Assembly: GCA_013239625.1 (NCBI GenBank)
Contig: MU056146.1
Span: 3,905,812 to 3,969,811, forward strand
Direction of reading: 5' to 3'
Origin: Lama guanicoe
Lineage: Eukaryota
DNA: 64,000 bases
This document shows, one piece after another, positions 1 through 12,080 of the stretch (its first letter is position 1; each line of letters starts with the position of its first letter). Made by a program: the position numbers and the translations under genes. The notes under the pieces are model-generated. The model was not told where the DNA came from and made no database searches. It worked only from the letters and a program-made list of their open reading frames with translations.

Positions 1-2607
1 TGCAGTGGTCAAGTGATGCTCAGAATGGCTTGGCCATGGTTTAGAAGAGTTGTAAGGCCTTTGACAGCAGTAACTGAATTCATTTGCTGATTGGTCCAGG
101 TTCACCCTCAACTCTGATGACAGGTTCATTTTGATGTCCGAGTTCCTCCAAATGACTGCAGATTAAACATTTGCCTCAGTCTTCAAATTCACTTTATACA
201 TTGATGCTTGCTTTGGAAAGCCATTTGTGAATAATTAGAAAACCCTTGACAGGAAGGACTCTTACAAGGCTGAGGCTGGCCGGCGGAACTGAGAGAAAGA
301 AGATAGAGTGGATAGGAAAAAAAATAAAGTTTTTATGTAAAGGTGAAATCAATCACTTGAAAGCTAATCAGAGCTGAAGAATTTAGTTAAAGCATGTACT
401 GCTCACCAAGATCAACAAGAAAAAATATTCTTGAGATCAGCATTTCCTCTAATTAAAAATTTTAAAGCATGCCCAAGCCGACAGCCAGGCTAACACACAA
501 TAGCCCACACATGTGATCAGTTATATCAGACTTACAACACACCATTTATGGTAAGCAAATAATTGCAGTGCAAAGCAAGTAGTTAAAAAAAACCCACACA
601 AACAAAACACAACAGAATTTCTAAGTTGGAAGGAACTTGTTCATCTAGTAAGCAATCTCTTCATCTTTCAAATGAAGATTCTAAAATGAGAGAGGTAAAG
701 AGACTTCCCCCAAAACCACCCATATAGTCCTGCAGAGGCGGGACCAGCTTGACTTTCTCCCCCATTTTGTTCTTTGCATTAAACTACGGAAGGCACAAAA
801 CCTGGACTTCAGTTCAGCACTGGCTCTAATTAAACTCAGTGACCTAAAGCAAGCTCCTAATCCCCCCGTGTTTCAAGTTTCTGAAAATAAAATAGTCCCT
901 AGGATTCCTCCTGGCCCTCACATTCTAACATCCTATAGAACAACAAGATCAAGTCTGCCTTACTTTACTGTCAAAAAGTAAGGATGCAGAAATAGTCACG
1001 TATGAGTTACTTCTTGGTAAAAGCTGTAGTGTTTTTGCAAACTATTGTCAAAATTTAGCTGCGCAGGCATTTTGTCTGCAAAATGTTAGCATGAGGAATT
1101 TATTGACAGCAATTAACCTGTTGCCAGCATGCTGGCTCCATGGAGGCACCAGAAGAATGCGGTCACTGGTTTTGGTAACAGTGTGCTGGGACCTGGGTGT
1201 CCTCAGCTGTCCTCAGTGCTCTCCCATCTTCCACCAGAGCTGTGTCTGAAGACGAGGAGGGTGATGAAGACTATTTTCTTTCCCAGCCCAGCCCCCAAAA
1301 TGTGGCAACAACCAACAATGGTGTTTGCTGTCAATGTCCAATGTCAATGTCCCTAACATGCCTTATCACATCTTGGTAGAAGAATCCTAAAAGAAGGACA
1401 GGCAGAATACGCAGTGGCTGGAACCTGGAACCAAAGTGGTGATGACGGACAAATCAGGATTCCTCTTGGAACCTAGCTGGCTCATTTTTTAAATGAGGGT
1501 GAACTATATGACCTAAGATTCCAGTTTCAGAATTTTGGACCCTATCTATGACCCTCCTGACACATTTCATAGATTCTTCCAAGAATAAGGGATTCTGTGT
1601 TACAGACGTTGATAAATGATACTTATGTAGGAGAGAGAAAGCATGTTACATGCAAGTAAAATGAAAATACACATCACATAGATATTATGGATATGCCTGA
1701 TTTAGTCTCTTCTCAATTTTTAGCCTTGTGAAAACAAAAAAAATTTTTGAAACAGGTCTACAGAATACAGAAGTTATAACAAATATTAAGAATTTATTTA
1801 TTAGAATATATATTTTTTACCTCTCTTCCTAACAAAAATGACAAAATCAGAGCCCACATAAACATTTTGATTTCTCCTAAAGAAGTGACATATGGTAAAG
1901 CATTATTATTACAAAGGAGAAAATTATGATAAACTGATTTGAATATAATTGTTTTAGGATAAGTACAGCATTAGAAATGCTCTTAATAATGTAAATAAAT
2001 ATTCACAAACTTCAAAAAATTAGTTGATAGAGAATAATTTTTAGAACTGTCAAATAAAATGAGGAAGAGTAATAATTTTATTTATCTCCCCAAACCTGTA
2101 ACAGCTCCCAAATTCTGCCATAAAGATACTCTGGACATAAATACTACACACTCAGAGCTTAGACATTAGGTCTCCCTTGCTATTAAAAACAACTTTTGAA
2201 ACGGGCTCTTCACCTATTCACTTCATAGATTCAGGGTATGAGAAACAACTACTGTGATAGGAGTATTTTTGTGTCATTTGGCACATGGCACGTGTGTGTC
2301 GACTTGTTATCTGATCAGAAAATCTCTGTGTTGGCTTTAAGGCTTAAATTTTTTTTTCAAGTTCCTTGACACAGGAAGTTTCTTATTCATATGCTAAGAA
2401 TACACTAAAATGGGAAAATATAACAGCATATTAGGGGAGTAAGATGACAGAATACTACATATAGATTGAAAATGTAATCCAAACCTAAACATCTTCCCTA
2501 ATTTTGATACACTATAGTAAAAACCACTGGATCATACTTTCAAGGCTTGGGTTTAGCATCTAAATGTAATCGATGCAGATATAAACCCTGATCAAGCTTT
2601 CTGTTAC

Positions 2608-2667
2608 CTTTTTCTTCCTCTGAAACTTCTTCTATTGGTTCCAGTATGTGCGATGAGAATGCCTGTT
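2608..2667 (-). CDS. DZIP1: DZIP1 60-nt exon (EQAFSSHILEPIEEVSEEEK); gene continues beyond the left window edge
   Basis: Near-identical to human; AATAG acceptor, G|GTAACA donor; phase 1-1. Confidence 0.95.
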
Positions 2668-3851
2668 CTATTAATGAGGAAAAATAAGAACAGTACAAAC
2701 AGGACAACAGCAGAGTAAAGTCAGTTTCTTTCAAACACTTTTGAAAGATACAGTTCCATAGTATTTTAATTATGCCTAAAATAGCAAGAATTTACTGGGG
2801 AAAATACATTAAGGCAGTCAGTAAAAGCTGGTTGCTTTTCCAAAGTATCTTCCCTTTCTATGTATTTTCTGTTAACTCCACTCTGCGGAGATTGTATTTT
2901 TAAATAATTAAGTTAAACTTTCTCACTTATCAACTTAGTGCCTGATATGATTCTTTTTTCTTTTAATGTACAAGGACGTGACTGCAGAATATCTTCTTCA
3001 CTTACCCTAAAAATATTTTCCTTGTAAAATATCTTGATCAGGTGGCTAAATAGAAAATTACTGAAAATATTCCAATCTGCAAAGATAAAAGCATTAAAAA
3101 AAATCCCACGGCCGTGGGATTCCCACTTCTTGCTCGCCCCAGGGTCTTCAACTAGGAGGACCAGAATGGTAAAAGGGCAGGGACAGGTATCCTGGGCTCA
3201 GCAGGAGGACTAAGACCCATTATTATACACCTCCGTGACCCAAAGCCACATTTTAAGACCTCATTCTGCTCCCAGGAAGCCACCAGGACAAAGCTGCAGA
3301 CAAATAACAGATGAAGATGGGCTTTTCCCAATCCCACCCCGATCACTGGCCGGGGGAGATGAGGCCTCTGTGTGACTTCCCAGGGACATGTCCCTGTGCA
3401 CACACAAGGAAAACTGTGGGCAGCACGGATAAAGCCAAACCCCATCCTATCAACAGAGGGAAAGTTCCTTCATGTGGAAGGTCAGGTTTTGGCTAAAGGT
3501 CCAACCACAGCAGTCAGGCATTAGACACGGAATGAAAGGCAACCAGAAGTCTGGTTCAAGAGGCTCCTGGTTCATTCATCTTCAACTTGGAGCCTGACGC
3601 AGGGCACCTCCCCAGAGAGCCCTCCACATGCACCTACAGAATGGAGGTCATTTCATCCTGCCACCAGACCCCAGGGCGGATGATTGGGGAGGGGAATAAT
3701 GGCCAACAATTACTGAGTGTCCACCGGGCTGCCGGGCACAGATCCAAGTGCTTTGCACCTATTATCTTGAATTTAATACCCCTACTTTAACATTCTGGTT
3801 CTTAATTTATTAAAGGGTATTTCTGGTACTCTATTTTAGGCATATACAAAT

Positions 3852-3854
3852 ACA

Positions 3855-3886
<32 letters not shown>
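3852..3886. repeat. Compound (AC)n(GA)n microsatellite
   Basis: Direct reading. Confidence 0.95.
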
Positions 3887-4179
3887 AAGGTATATATGAA
3901 TAAATAAATATATACTATATACATAAATAGGCTCTTATAGACTGTTCAGCAACCTAGTCCATATCTAACATTGTATGGGAGAAATGCATTTTACTCTCAA
4001 ATGAAATTTCAGAACACAGCTGATTTGTAAAGAGGGGCCCACTTTAATTTTGAAACATAAACATGGCCCTGCAAAGGAGTATTTTATTCCATCCATGTGA
4101 CGCAACTGCTGAATGCCAAAAATGTGCTTTCAAACTTGTTATTCAGCATCAAGATTTTTAAATTATTCAAATAAAGAAA

Positions 4180-4350
4180 AAAATGTGTAACCATGTGTGG
4201 CGATGGATGTTAACTAGACTTACTGCAGTCATCATTCTGCAGTATATATCAAATCAAATACAAATACCGAATCATTACATTGTATACCTGAAACTAATAT
4301 AATGTTATGTCAATTATACCTTAATAAAATTTTTAAAAATTAAAAAATAA
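4180..4350 (+). mobile_element. Old L1 (L1MA-like) 3' end
   Basis: ACCTGAAACTAATATAATGTTATGTCAATTATACCTTAATAAAA-type terminus. Confidence 0.7.
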
Positions 4351-6490
4351 AGTTATACAAAGTAGACTATTCTGCTAGTTTGAACTGCTGAGAATAGAGT
4401 TTAGGAGGACAGCTAATTTCATTTTTTAAATCACGTGGTTTATATTTATTGTACTTTATGAACATGACAATAATAATGAGGAAAAGTTCTGTAAAACCTT
4501 ACAAAATCATCATTTGTATACTTATTATCATTATATTACTGGGATAATTCTATGACTGATTCTCTTGAGTCAGGATTAATTGCTGAAATTCTGACATTTC
4601 CTGCAGTGGTGCAGAGAAGGGGAGGGGCAGATTCCTGAACCTGGGCTCCCACAATAATAAAGGCTGAGGAGGTGAGGCTGACCAGATCCCAGCTCCCAAA
4701 ATAAGCAGGCTGATATCCCAAGTGGGGAGGGAAGACCCACCATTCTTATGCTCTATAAGCCACAGGTCCAGCCTCCAACATCCCAGTTCCTGTCCAGAGC
4801 TGAGATCTCTAGGATAAGAACTGAAACTCTCAGAGGCTTGAGTCTCCCCTCTGAACTGGTCCAAGGCTTCCAGAAAAATCCTAAATGTCAGTCTCCCACC
4901 ATTACCTCCAGGAGAAAAACTTCCAGATCTCCACTCAGCCCCTTGTCCACTGGCTGACTTTGTTGGACTTCATCACTCTGACCCTTGGAACTAACGTTTA
5001 GCTAGTGCTTGCTCAGTGGTTTCTGCTCCAAAGAACCTGCCTCACTTGGTCCTTACCACAGCTTCACCGTAGCAGCCACACTCTGTTCCCCATTCGACAG
5101 GCAAGGGAACCTAAGCCTATGATTTCACGAGTCAACCGTGAATCCAGACTGTCTGCTTCTAAAGCCCAGGCTCTTGGCCACAGACCCCCAGTGCCTCCCT
5201 ACTGGCACTCATTGGGTTTGTCTTCCAGAATTCTCTGAATGGCACTGCCATCCACTTAGTACCTGAGCTCATGGTCTGACCCTTCCCTCACTTTTGCCCC
5301 TCAATCACTAGCATAGCCCTTTCCCAATCCCACTGAACAGCTGTTATGTCTACTCCCTCTTGTTTCATTACCACAACCCTGATTCCTAGGTAAGGAATCT
5401 CACATAGGCTAACATCGTCAACCATCTCCCAGCTCTGATTCTTTGAACACACTGGTCAGACTAAGTTTCCCACAGCCCGCCTCTCCAATCCTGCCATGCC
5501 CACCTCAGTACATTCAGCAGCTACAAGAATGACCCAGACAGCTTCAGTCTGGCACTCAGCGGTTCCCATGAAAAACCTCAACCAGCCTTACATCCTTCAG
5601 ATCTCTTCTGCATACTCGATGCTCAGCCAAATAATACGTCTGCACCAATAATTCATCTGGTGTTTTCCTGCTACCTTTTGCTCCTACTTTTTGCTTTGTT
5701 TCAGCTGAAGGGAATAGCCTGCACCCCTCCCTGGCACAACTCATATCTGGTAACTGATTACCTCAATCCAGGAAAATTTCAAAGTGCCCATTCCAGCTCT
5801 GAGGCTCCCAGAACAGTCTGCTGAGGCCTCCACTGCCGCTGCATCTGAGTTCAGCATCCCCTAACGCCCAGCCCTACTTCTTTTACAGGAGGATTGCCTA
5901 AAGGGCACTGCCTAAACCTCACCTGCAAACCTCCACCCCAGAGACTCCTTCCCAGGGAACCCAACCTCAGAAGTGAGTAATTAAGAGATTTTTTGTGGTA
6001 AAGAATCTCATCAAGGTTGTTTGAGAGAACAAAATAAAAGACAGAGAGGTAGTTGGGCTAATTAACATTACACAATATGTGACTAACCTTCCCTGTGCAC
6101 CCCCCGCCCCATGACCTGGGGAAGCTGTCATGGCTGGGGGTGGGGGGCAGGGCAGTGGGCCCCAGCCATGCATCCTCCTTGCTCCTGCCCATTGAGATGC
6201 TCACAAATCAGCTTTGATCCCAATCCAAGGGCTGCAGGCCCTGTGCCAGGTCTGGCTGGCATTTAAATCCCAGCAGATACCAGCAAGGAGGCATGGCTAA
6301 TTCATGCAGCCCTGGCCCAGTCAGGGCAGGGTCCACAGGGAAGACAGTGCTCCAGAACTGACAGATTTGTCAGGACACTTGAATTAGCTCTAGATAGCAT
6401 AGCATGCCTGCTGTTTGTGTCCTTAATTGGGCACCAAAAATATAAAGCCAAAAAAAAGCAGACTTTGTATAATGACAGACAGAAGGCTAA

Positions 6491-6491
<1 letters not shown>

Positions 6492-6537
<46 letters not shown>
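6492..6537. repeat. A46 homopolymer
   Basis: Direct reading. Confidence 0.95.
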
Positions 6538-6538
<1 letters not shown>

Positions 6539-7753
6539 ACATTTTGACCTACAAAAGAGAAGTGGCCATCAACACGTTATAAAATCAACCCTAAAAAAGG
6601 AGAGGCAAGAGAGAGTTTTTAGACATGACATAAATAATATGAATAGAGAGTAACTGCCAGAGATAATTTCCTCATATTCAATATTAAAGTAAGTTTATAT
6701 AGGTCCAAGAAACACATTAGCTCTGTTCCTGGTCCAAAGGAAAAAAACCTGCATGTTCTAAACATCTGTAAATAATGACATCCAATATGTGGAGAATTTA
6801 TGCATTACATGTTGTGAACACATGCCCAGGAGAACCAATCCAACTAAAATGATCTTAGGAAAAAAATAAAAGGCAATAAACATTTCATGAGTCAGTGAGT
6901 AAAAAGGATAAGTACAAAAGGCCATTGTATATGGACCATAATATTTATGAAGACAAAAATTCCAACTCGACTGACCATGACTTTAAGTCCTAACTAAAAG
7001 GCTACGAAGGAAAAGTGGAATGAAGTAATCATTAGATTCCAGAAGTATTTATAGCTAAGTAAGATAGGAAAAAGATGGTCCCCTTCATATCTTAATTCAT
7101 TTAATATACAGCAGACCATAGGAAAGCAACATATTAAAACACAAAACAAAAGCTGTTAGTACTTTAATTGTATAAAAATAAAATATGGCTACAAATATTC
7201 ACCCTATCTACCAGATCATATTAACAATTATCACCCTGTGACCTGGTCTAAGAACTGGATCTCAGCAGCAATTTCGTCCATTGGTTTCTATTTTTTTCCT
7301 TTTGTTTCCATCACATGTGTTCTAGATTTTCCCAACCAATCGCTGAAACTGTTTGTTTAAAAAAGGTGACTTGCTGCCACATTCAAAGTTATAAAAACAG
7401 TCACATATGCCCTGTGGCATGTGCTGGTTGGCTGGTCTAGTAGAAAGTCACCCTCTCACCCAGTACCTACTACTTTTCACCAAAAAAACCCACAAAGGAT
7501 CAAAGTACTACTCTGAGTTGAAACCTCTACTTGTGAGCCGAGCCATAGATACATTTTATACTTTATGACTTTGGTAGGTATGTTCAGTTTACAGTAACGT
7601 TACATCCAAAGACTGCAGTTTTATTAACTGTTTTGCATTCACTAAAATGTTTTGTTTTGCATAATCACCCCCACAGAAGCACTTTCAGTTAATAAGTTAT
7701 CTAACTCAAGGCAGAAACTGTACATAAAAGGCTGAGACTTTGCTGAAACTTAC

Positions 7754-7810
7754 CATGTGCCACTGTTAGACTTGACTTAGCATCCAGAGTCTGTGGGGCT
7801 GGGGCACTCA
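7754..7810 (-). CDS. DZIP1: DZIP1 57-nt symmetric exon (MSAPAPQTLDAKSSLTVAH)
   Basis: Similar to human MNAPALHTLETKSSLPMVH; TTTCAG acceptor, GTAAGT donor; phase 1-1. Confidence 0.9.
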
Positions 7811-7971
7811 CTGAAACAGCATAAAAAGAAAAAGCTCACAGGTTCTGTAATTAAAGTGCGAGCATCTGAACATGGTGATAACTAAATATTCACTAAATTA
7901 GTCAAGATCTATACAGACTGTAAGGGGCAGATGTTTCAAATGACAAAGATATTACCAACAAACCTAAACCA

Positions 7972-8390
7972 CTTTTTTTAACAGCTTTATTAAAATGTAA
8001 TTCATTCTTTTAAAATATACAATTCAGTGGATTTGAGTATAGTCACAGAGTTGTGCAGCCATAACCACTACCTAATTTTTGAACATTTTCATCACATTGG
8101 AGAACTCTCAAAACAGCTGTACCCATTAGCCCTATTCCTTCTTCCTCCCAGCCTCTGGCAGCCACTGATCTACTGTCTGTCTCTATGGATCTGCCTATTC
8201 TGGACCTTTCATGTAAACAGAATCATGCAGTTCAATATGCGGTCCTCTGTAATTGGCTTCTTTCACTCAGCATCATGTTATCAAGGCTCATCCATGGGGT
8301 AGCATGCTTCAGCATCAGCTGACGGACATTTGGGTTGTTTCCACTTTTTGTCTACTATGAATAGTGATACTATGAATATTCATTTATAAT
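7972..8390 (-). mobile_element. L1MB-like 3' end
   Basis: Typical reverse L1M 3'UTR (ACAGCTTTATT...CACAGAGTTGTGCAGCC...). Confidence 0.7.
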
Positions 8391-9877
8391 AAGCCAGTTT
8401 AAAAAACTACCCCAGTCACTGGGCCAGAGGACACTGTGAGAAGGCATGAATTCATCCACAGCCTTTAGAGAGGAGTGTATCCAATTCATGTAAGACTAAC
8501 ACTCTACTTCAGAATACCTCGGAAAATTATATTCCACAGCCTCTCTCCCAATGTTTGACGATTCCTGTCTGAGGTTCTTCTCTTAGCTATTTGTCTGCCT
8601 ATTTACTAACTCTTCCCCTAGTTTATCAGGATAGAGCTTCAGTTCTAATCCTACTCTAAAACACCGTAGCTACAAACCTCAGCTACTTCCAGAGTCATAA
8701 AATTTTGCCTCTACAATGGCTGGTGGTCAAAGTATTCAACTCCTATCTATGGGTAAATTGCTAACAGTTCTGGAAATATGACCTTTAAACCCATTTGCAA
8801 CTTGCTAATCTAGATCAGGTTTGGCAAACTACAGTCTGTGGGACATACTAGCCCTTATCTGTTTTTTGTAAATAAAGTTTTATTGGAACACATTATTGTT
8901 CCAATATAGTGCCAAATATAGTTAAAATATAAATGATAAAAACTGAGTGTCTTTTAATTTTTCCATCCTTCTCTGAAATGCATTTTTTAGAAGTTTCATA
9001 AAAGTTCAGGCTTCTATCCTCTCCTCAACCCTACTCCTGACACTCAAACTACCCTCTCCTCCTCAGCACCTCTCAATCTTGTCAGCTTCCAGAAACAACA
9101 TCAAGAGGCCTCAAGAAGCAGCTGAACAGTTAAAACCATTAGCATTTTCCAGTCAATTGTGCCAAATTCCCAAACATGCTCATCAAAGTCCTTTCATCAC
9201 CACACAGTCCCGGGCCCATATGAATCGTCGCTCAGGGCCCAGCCTCAGTGCAGGCCTTCCCTGAGTATTGAGACCCGTCTTCTCTGGCCCATCATCACTT
9301 GCTCCCTTACTTCCTCGCCCTTACGTTTTCTTGACTAGAAAAAAGTTTTTCAACCATTAACTATTAAGAAAACAATCTGTCCACTTCTAAACTGTACAGA
9401 TTATGTCTTTTTGGACTCTAGCCAAATCCTGACAGCCCCGGGAGACAGCTGTGCTGAGCTGACCGCAACTGAGTGACTATGGGGGCATCAGGTCAAAACA
9501 AACCCTGCAGTGCTGTGTCTCAGTGATGCCAAAATGTGGCGGCCACCACACCCTGTCACATTGCCACAGTGTGTTACCATGGGAAACTCAAGAGTACAAA
9601 CTGGAGCGATGCCAGAGAGTTTTTAGTCGTCCCTTTATTAGGCAAACTGTAAGATAACAGGTATGGCTAACCAAAACCACCCCCAAAATCGCATGGATAT
9701 TAACAATGTGGGGTTTTAGATGTAGGTCAAAGCCAGGAATCAAAATAGGTCATTATATAAGCTCCAAACACACTGGTGTTCAAAAAGTCTCTAAAAATAA
9801 GAAGTCGAAGTTATGTATGGCTTTATGTAGCACTTTAAAAATATCTTTAGAACCCTGAACCTATTATAGAAACTTAC

Positions 9878-9934
9878 TAGGCACAGCTGGGGCAGTTGGC
9901 TTAGACTCAAAAGTTTGCCAGGTTAAAGGACTGC
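9878..9934 (-). CDS. DZIP1: DZIP1 57-nt symmetric exon (GSPLTWQTFESKPTAPAVP)
   Basis: Similar to human GNPLAWQAFESQPAAPAVP; TTTCAG acceptor, GTAAGT donor; phase 1-1. Confidence 0.9.
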
Positions 9935-10266
9935 CTGAAATAACAAAAAAACTAATTAATAACGAAAATCACAAGCTATGGGTTCTATTTTGCTAGCACA
10001 TATCCTAATATTTTCCCGTAGAAAACAGTCAATGAAATTTACCAGCATACACCAACTCACCCAAAAAAGATGTTTAACAAAAATCCCTTTAAAGCTAGCT
10101 TTTTCTTAAAATTATTTTTCAGTCAAATATTTATGCCGCGTAAGTAATTATGCAGGTACTCCTCTCTACCTGGACTCTCACTATTCCAGGAGGAGTTACA
10201 GGGAAGCACCGCCCCTCCCAGACCTTCATCTCAGAGAGAGGGAAACAAGTGTGCAGGTCGCTGTGG

Positions 10267-10358
10267 AGGCAGACCTCACTTATTGTGCTTCCCTTTTATT
10301 GCACTTTGCAGCTGCTGCATTGTTTACCAATTGAAGGTTTGTGGCAACTCTGTATTAT
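10267..10358 (+). mobile_element. Tigger1 end fragment running into an N-run
   Basis: AATTGAAGGTTTGTGGCAAC Tigger1 terminal motif, also present reversed near 17780. Confidence 0.7.
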
Positions 10359-11439
10359 NNNNNNNNNNNNNNNNNNNNNNNNNNNNNNNNNNNNNNNNNN
10401 NNNNNNNNNNNNNNNNNNNNNNNNNNNNNNNNNNNNNNNNNNNNNNNNNNNNNNNNNNNNNNNNNNNNNNNNNNNNNNNNNNNNNNNNNNNNNNNNNNNN
10501 NNNNNNNNNNNNNNNNNNNNNNNNNNNNNNNNNNNNNNNNNNNNNNNNNNNNNNNNNNNNNNNNNNNNNNNNAGATATGACCTTATCTCCTGTGACCCCC
10601 AGAAACAGGGAGGAAACCTAGCTCACACACCCATTACCAATCCCCAGTTGGCAGCCATCAAGCAGAGATTCTTTAATAACCTGAGACTTGCAGGAATCAA
10701 GACTGGGATTTACTCGGAAGGAGACCACGCAGAAGGCAAGCTTTCTGGTGTACTGGGAGAGCCTGCACTTCTGCCTCCCAGTCTCCCTTCTAGACTAGCT
10801 CTTGAATGGTACGGAGATGGGTGGCTGTCATTGCTACAGTCAGTAGGCTGGATATCCCCCCACTATGCTTAGAACAAACCCTTAACGCAGGACTCCCACA
10901 ATGGAGACGCATGCAGCAAGCCTCCGCGGCACTTCAGGACAACTAGGAGTTAACACCAGTAACGATGGCTGACACTAACTAGAGTTTAACAGGTGCTTTT
11001 TGTGCATGTTCTCCCACTTAATCGTCTAAACAGCCTGAGATGCAATTACTATTAATCCTCAAAATTTAGAGCTAAAGAAACGGGGGCAGAGACTCAGCTA
11101 CAAAGTGCCAAAGATGAGATTCGAACCCAGTCTGCCTCGACCCTGTACTTTAAATCATAATTCGTCTCACTGCACATCCATCCAGAGGTATGGTGACCGA
11201 GCATGTATTATTTGCATAACAATATTCTAATCAAAATGTTAGGAGACCATTCAGTTACAGTTTCAGTATTTAAAATTCTTCAACTCTCTGGGTTGTGGTA
11301 ACAGGTCTCCCAAATTAAAATAACCAGAGGAATGCCACCTTAGCACAGTGGACCAACAGGGCCCCACATTCTCCTGTTGTCCAACGCACAGTTAGGGAGG
11401 CCTGCCGTGCCTCCAGCGCTGGGATCCTGGTACACTTAC

Positions 11440-11488
11440 CTTTGGGTTCACTGACACTGTTTAATGGTTTACTGGTAAACTCTTTAAT
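11440..11488 (-). CDS. DZIP1: DZIP1 exon (IKEFTSKPLNSVSEPK)
   Basis: Similar to human IKDFTCNPLNSISEPK; TTGCAG acceptor, G|GTAAGT donor; 49 nt. Confidence 0.93.
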
Positions 11489-11939
11489 CTGCAAAGAAAC
11501 ACAATCATTCAGCGATACGCATTTGAAACTAGACAGGGACATACTGGAAAATGGACAGAGACTGTACTCAGTAAACGAACCTTTTCACTAAACCCCCCAA
11601 AGACACAGGACATGCGGGCTTTAAAGACATGGAGGCAAATACTTTATGAAAGCGTACTCAGACTGAGCTGCTTCTCAAAGTAATTACCAAAAGAAATTCT
11701 TATCAACCTTCAAATTTATTCTGAATTCTAAATGAATAAATCTGCTCACTCTACAATATTTTAAAATACCTTTAAAAAATTATTTTATTGGATTTACTTT
11801 TACAAACAACCACAGGGGGAAAATTGTTCCATTTTCTTTACCTTATCCAAATTAACAAATACTCTAAAATGAAAACACATGTTCTTAGATAAATTGCACC
11901 ACTTAAAGAAAAACGGTGCCAATATATACCCCCAAATAC

Positions 11940-12080
11940 CTGTTGTCTCTGAGTGATGATCAGCTCATTCTGCTCCTGGAGTCTCTGCCCTAGCTCCTCT
12001 ATCCTTTTCTTATAGAAGACATTACTTGCATTTAGATCATCTATCATTGAGGTTCGAAGTTTCTCTATATGTGACAGGAG
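11940..12080 (-). CDS. DZIP1: DZIP1 exon ([17 protein letters not shown]...ITQRQQ)
   Basis: Matches DZIP1; CCCAG acceptor, CAG|GTATTT donor; 141 nt. Confidence 0.97.

Noticed and set aside
6417-6653. Poly-lysine ORF
   Set aside because: Simply a translation of the A46 homopolymer
10150-10872. 240-aa ORF, and other ORFs containing X runs
   Set aside because: Length inflated by N-runs
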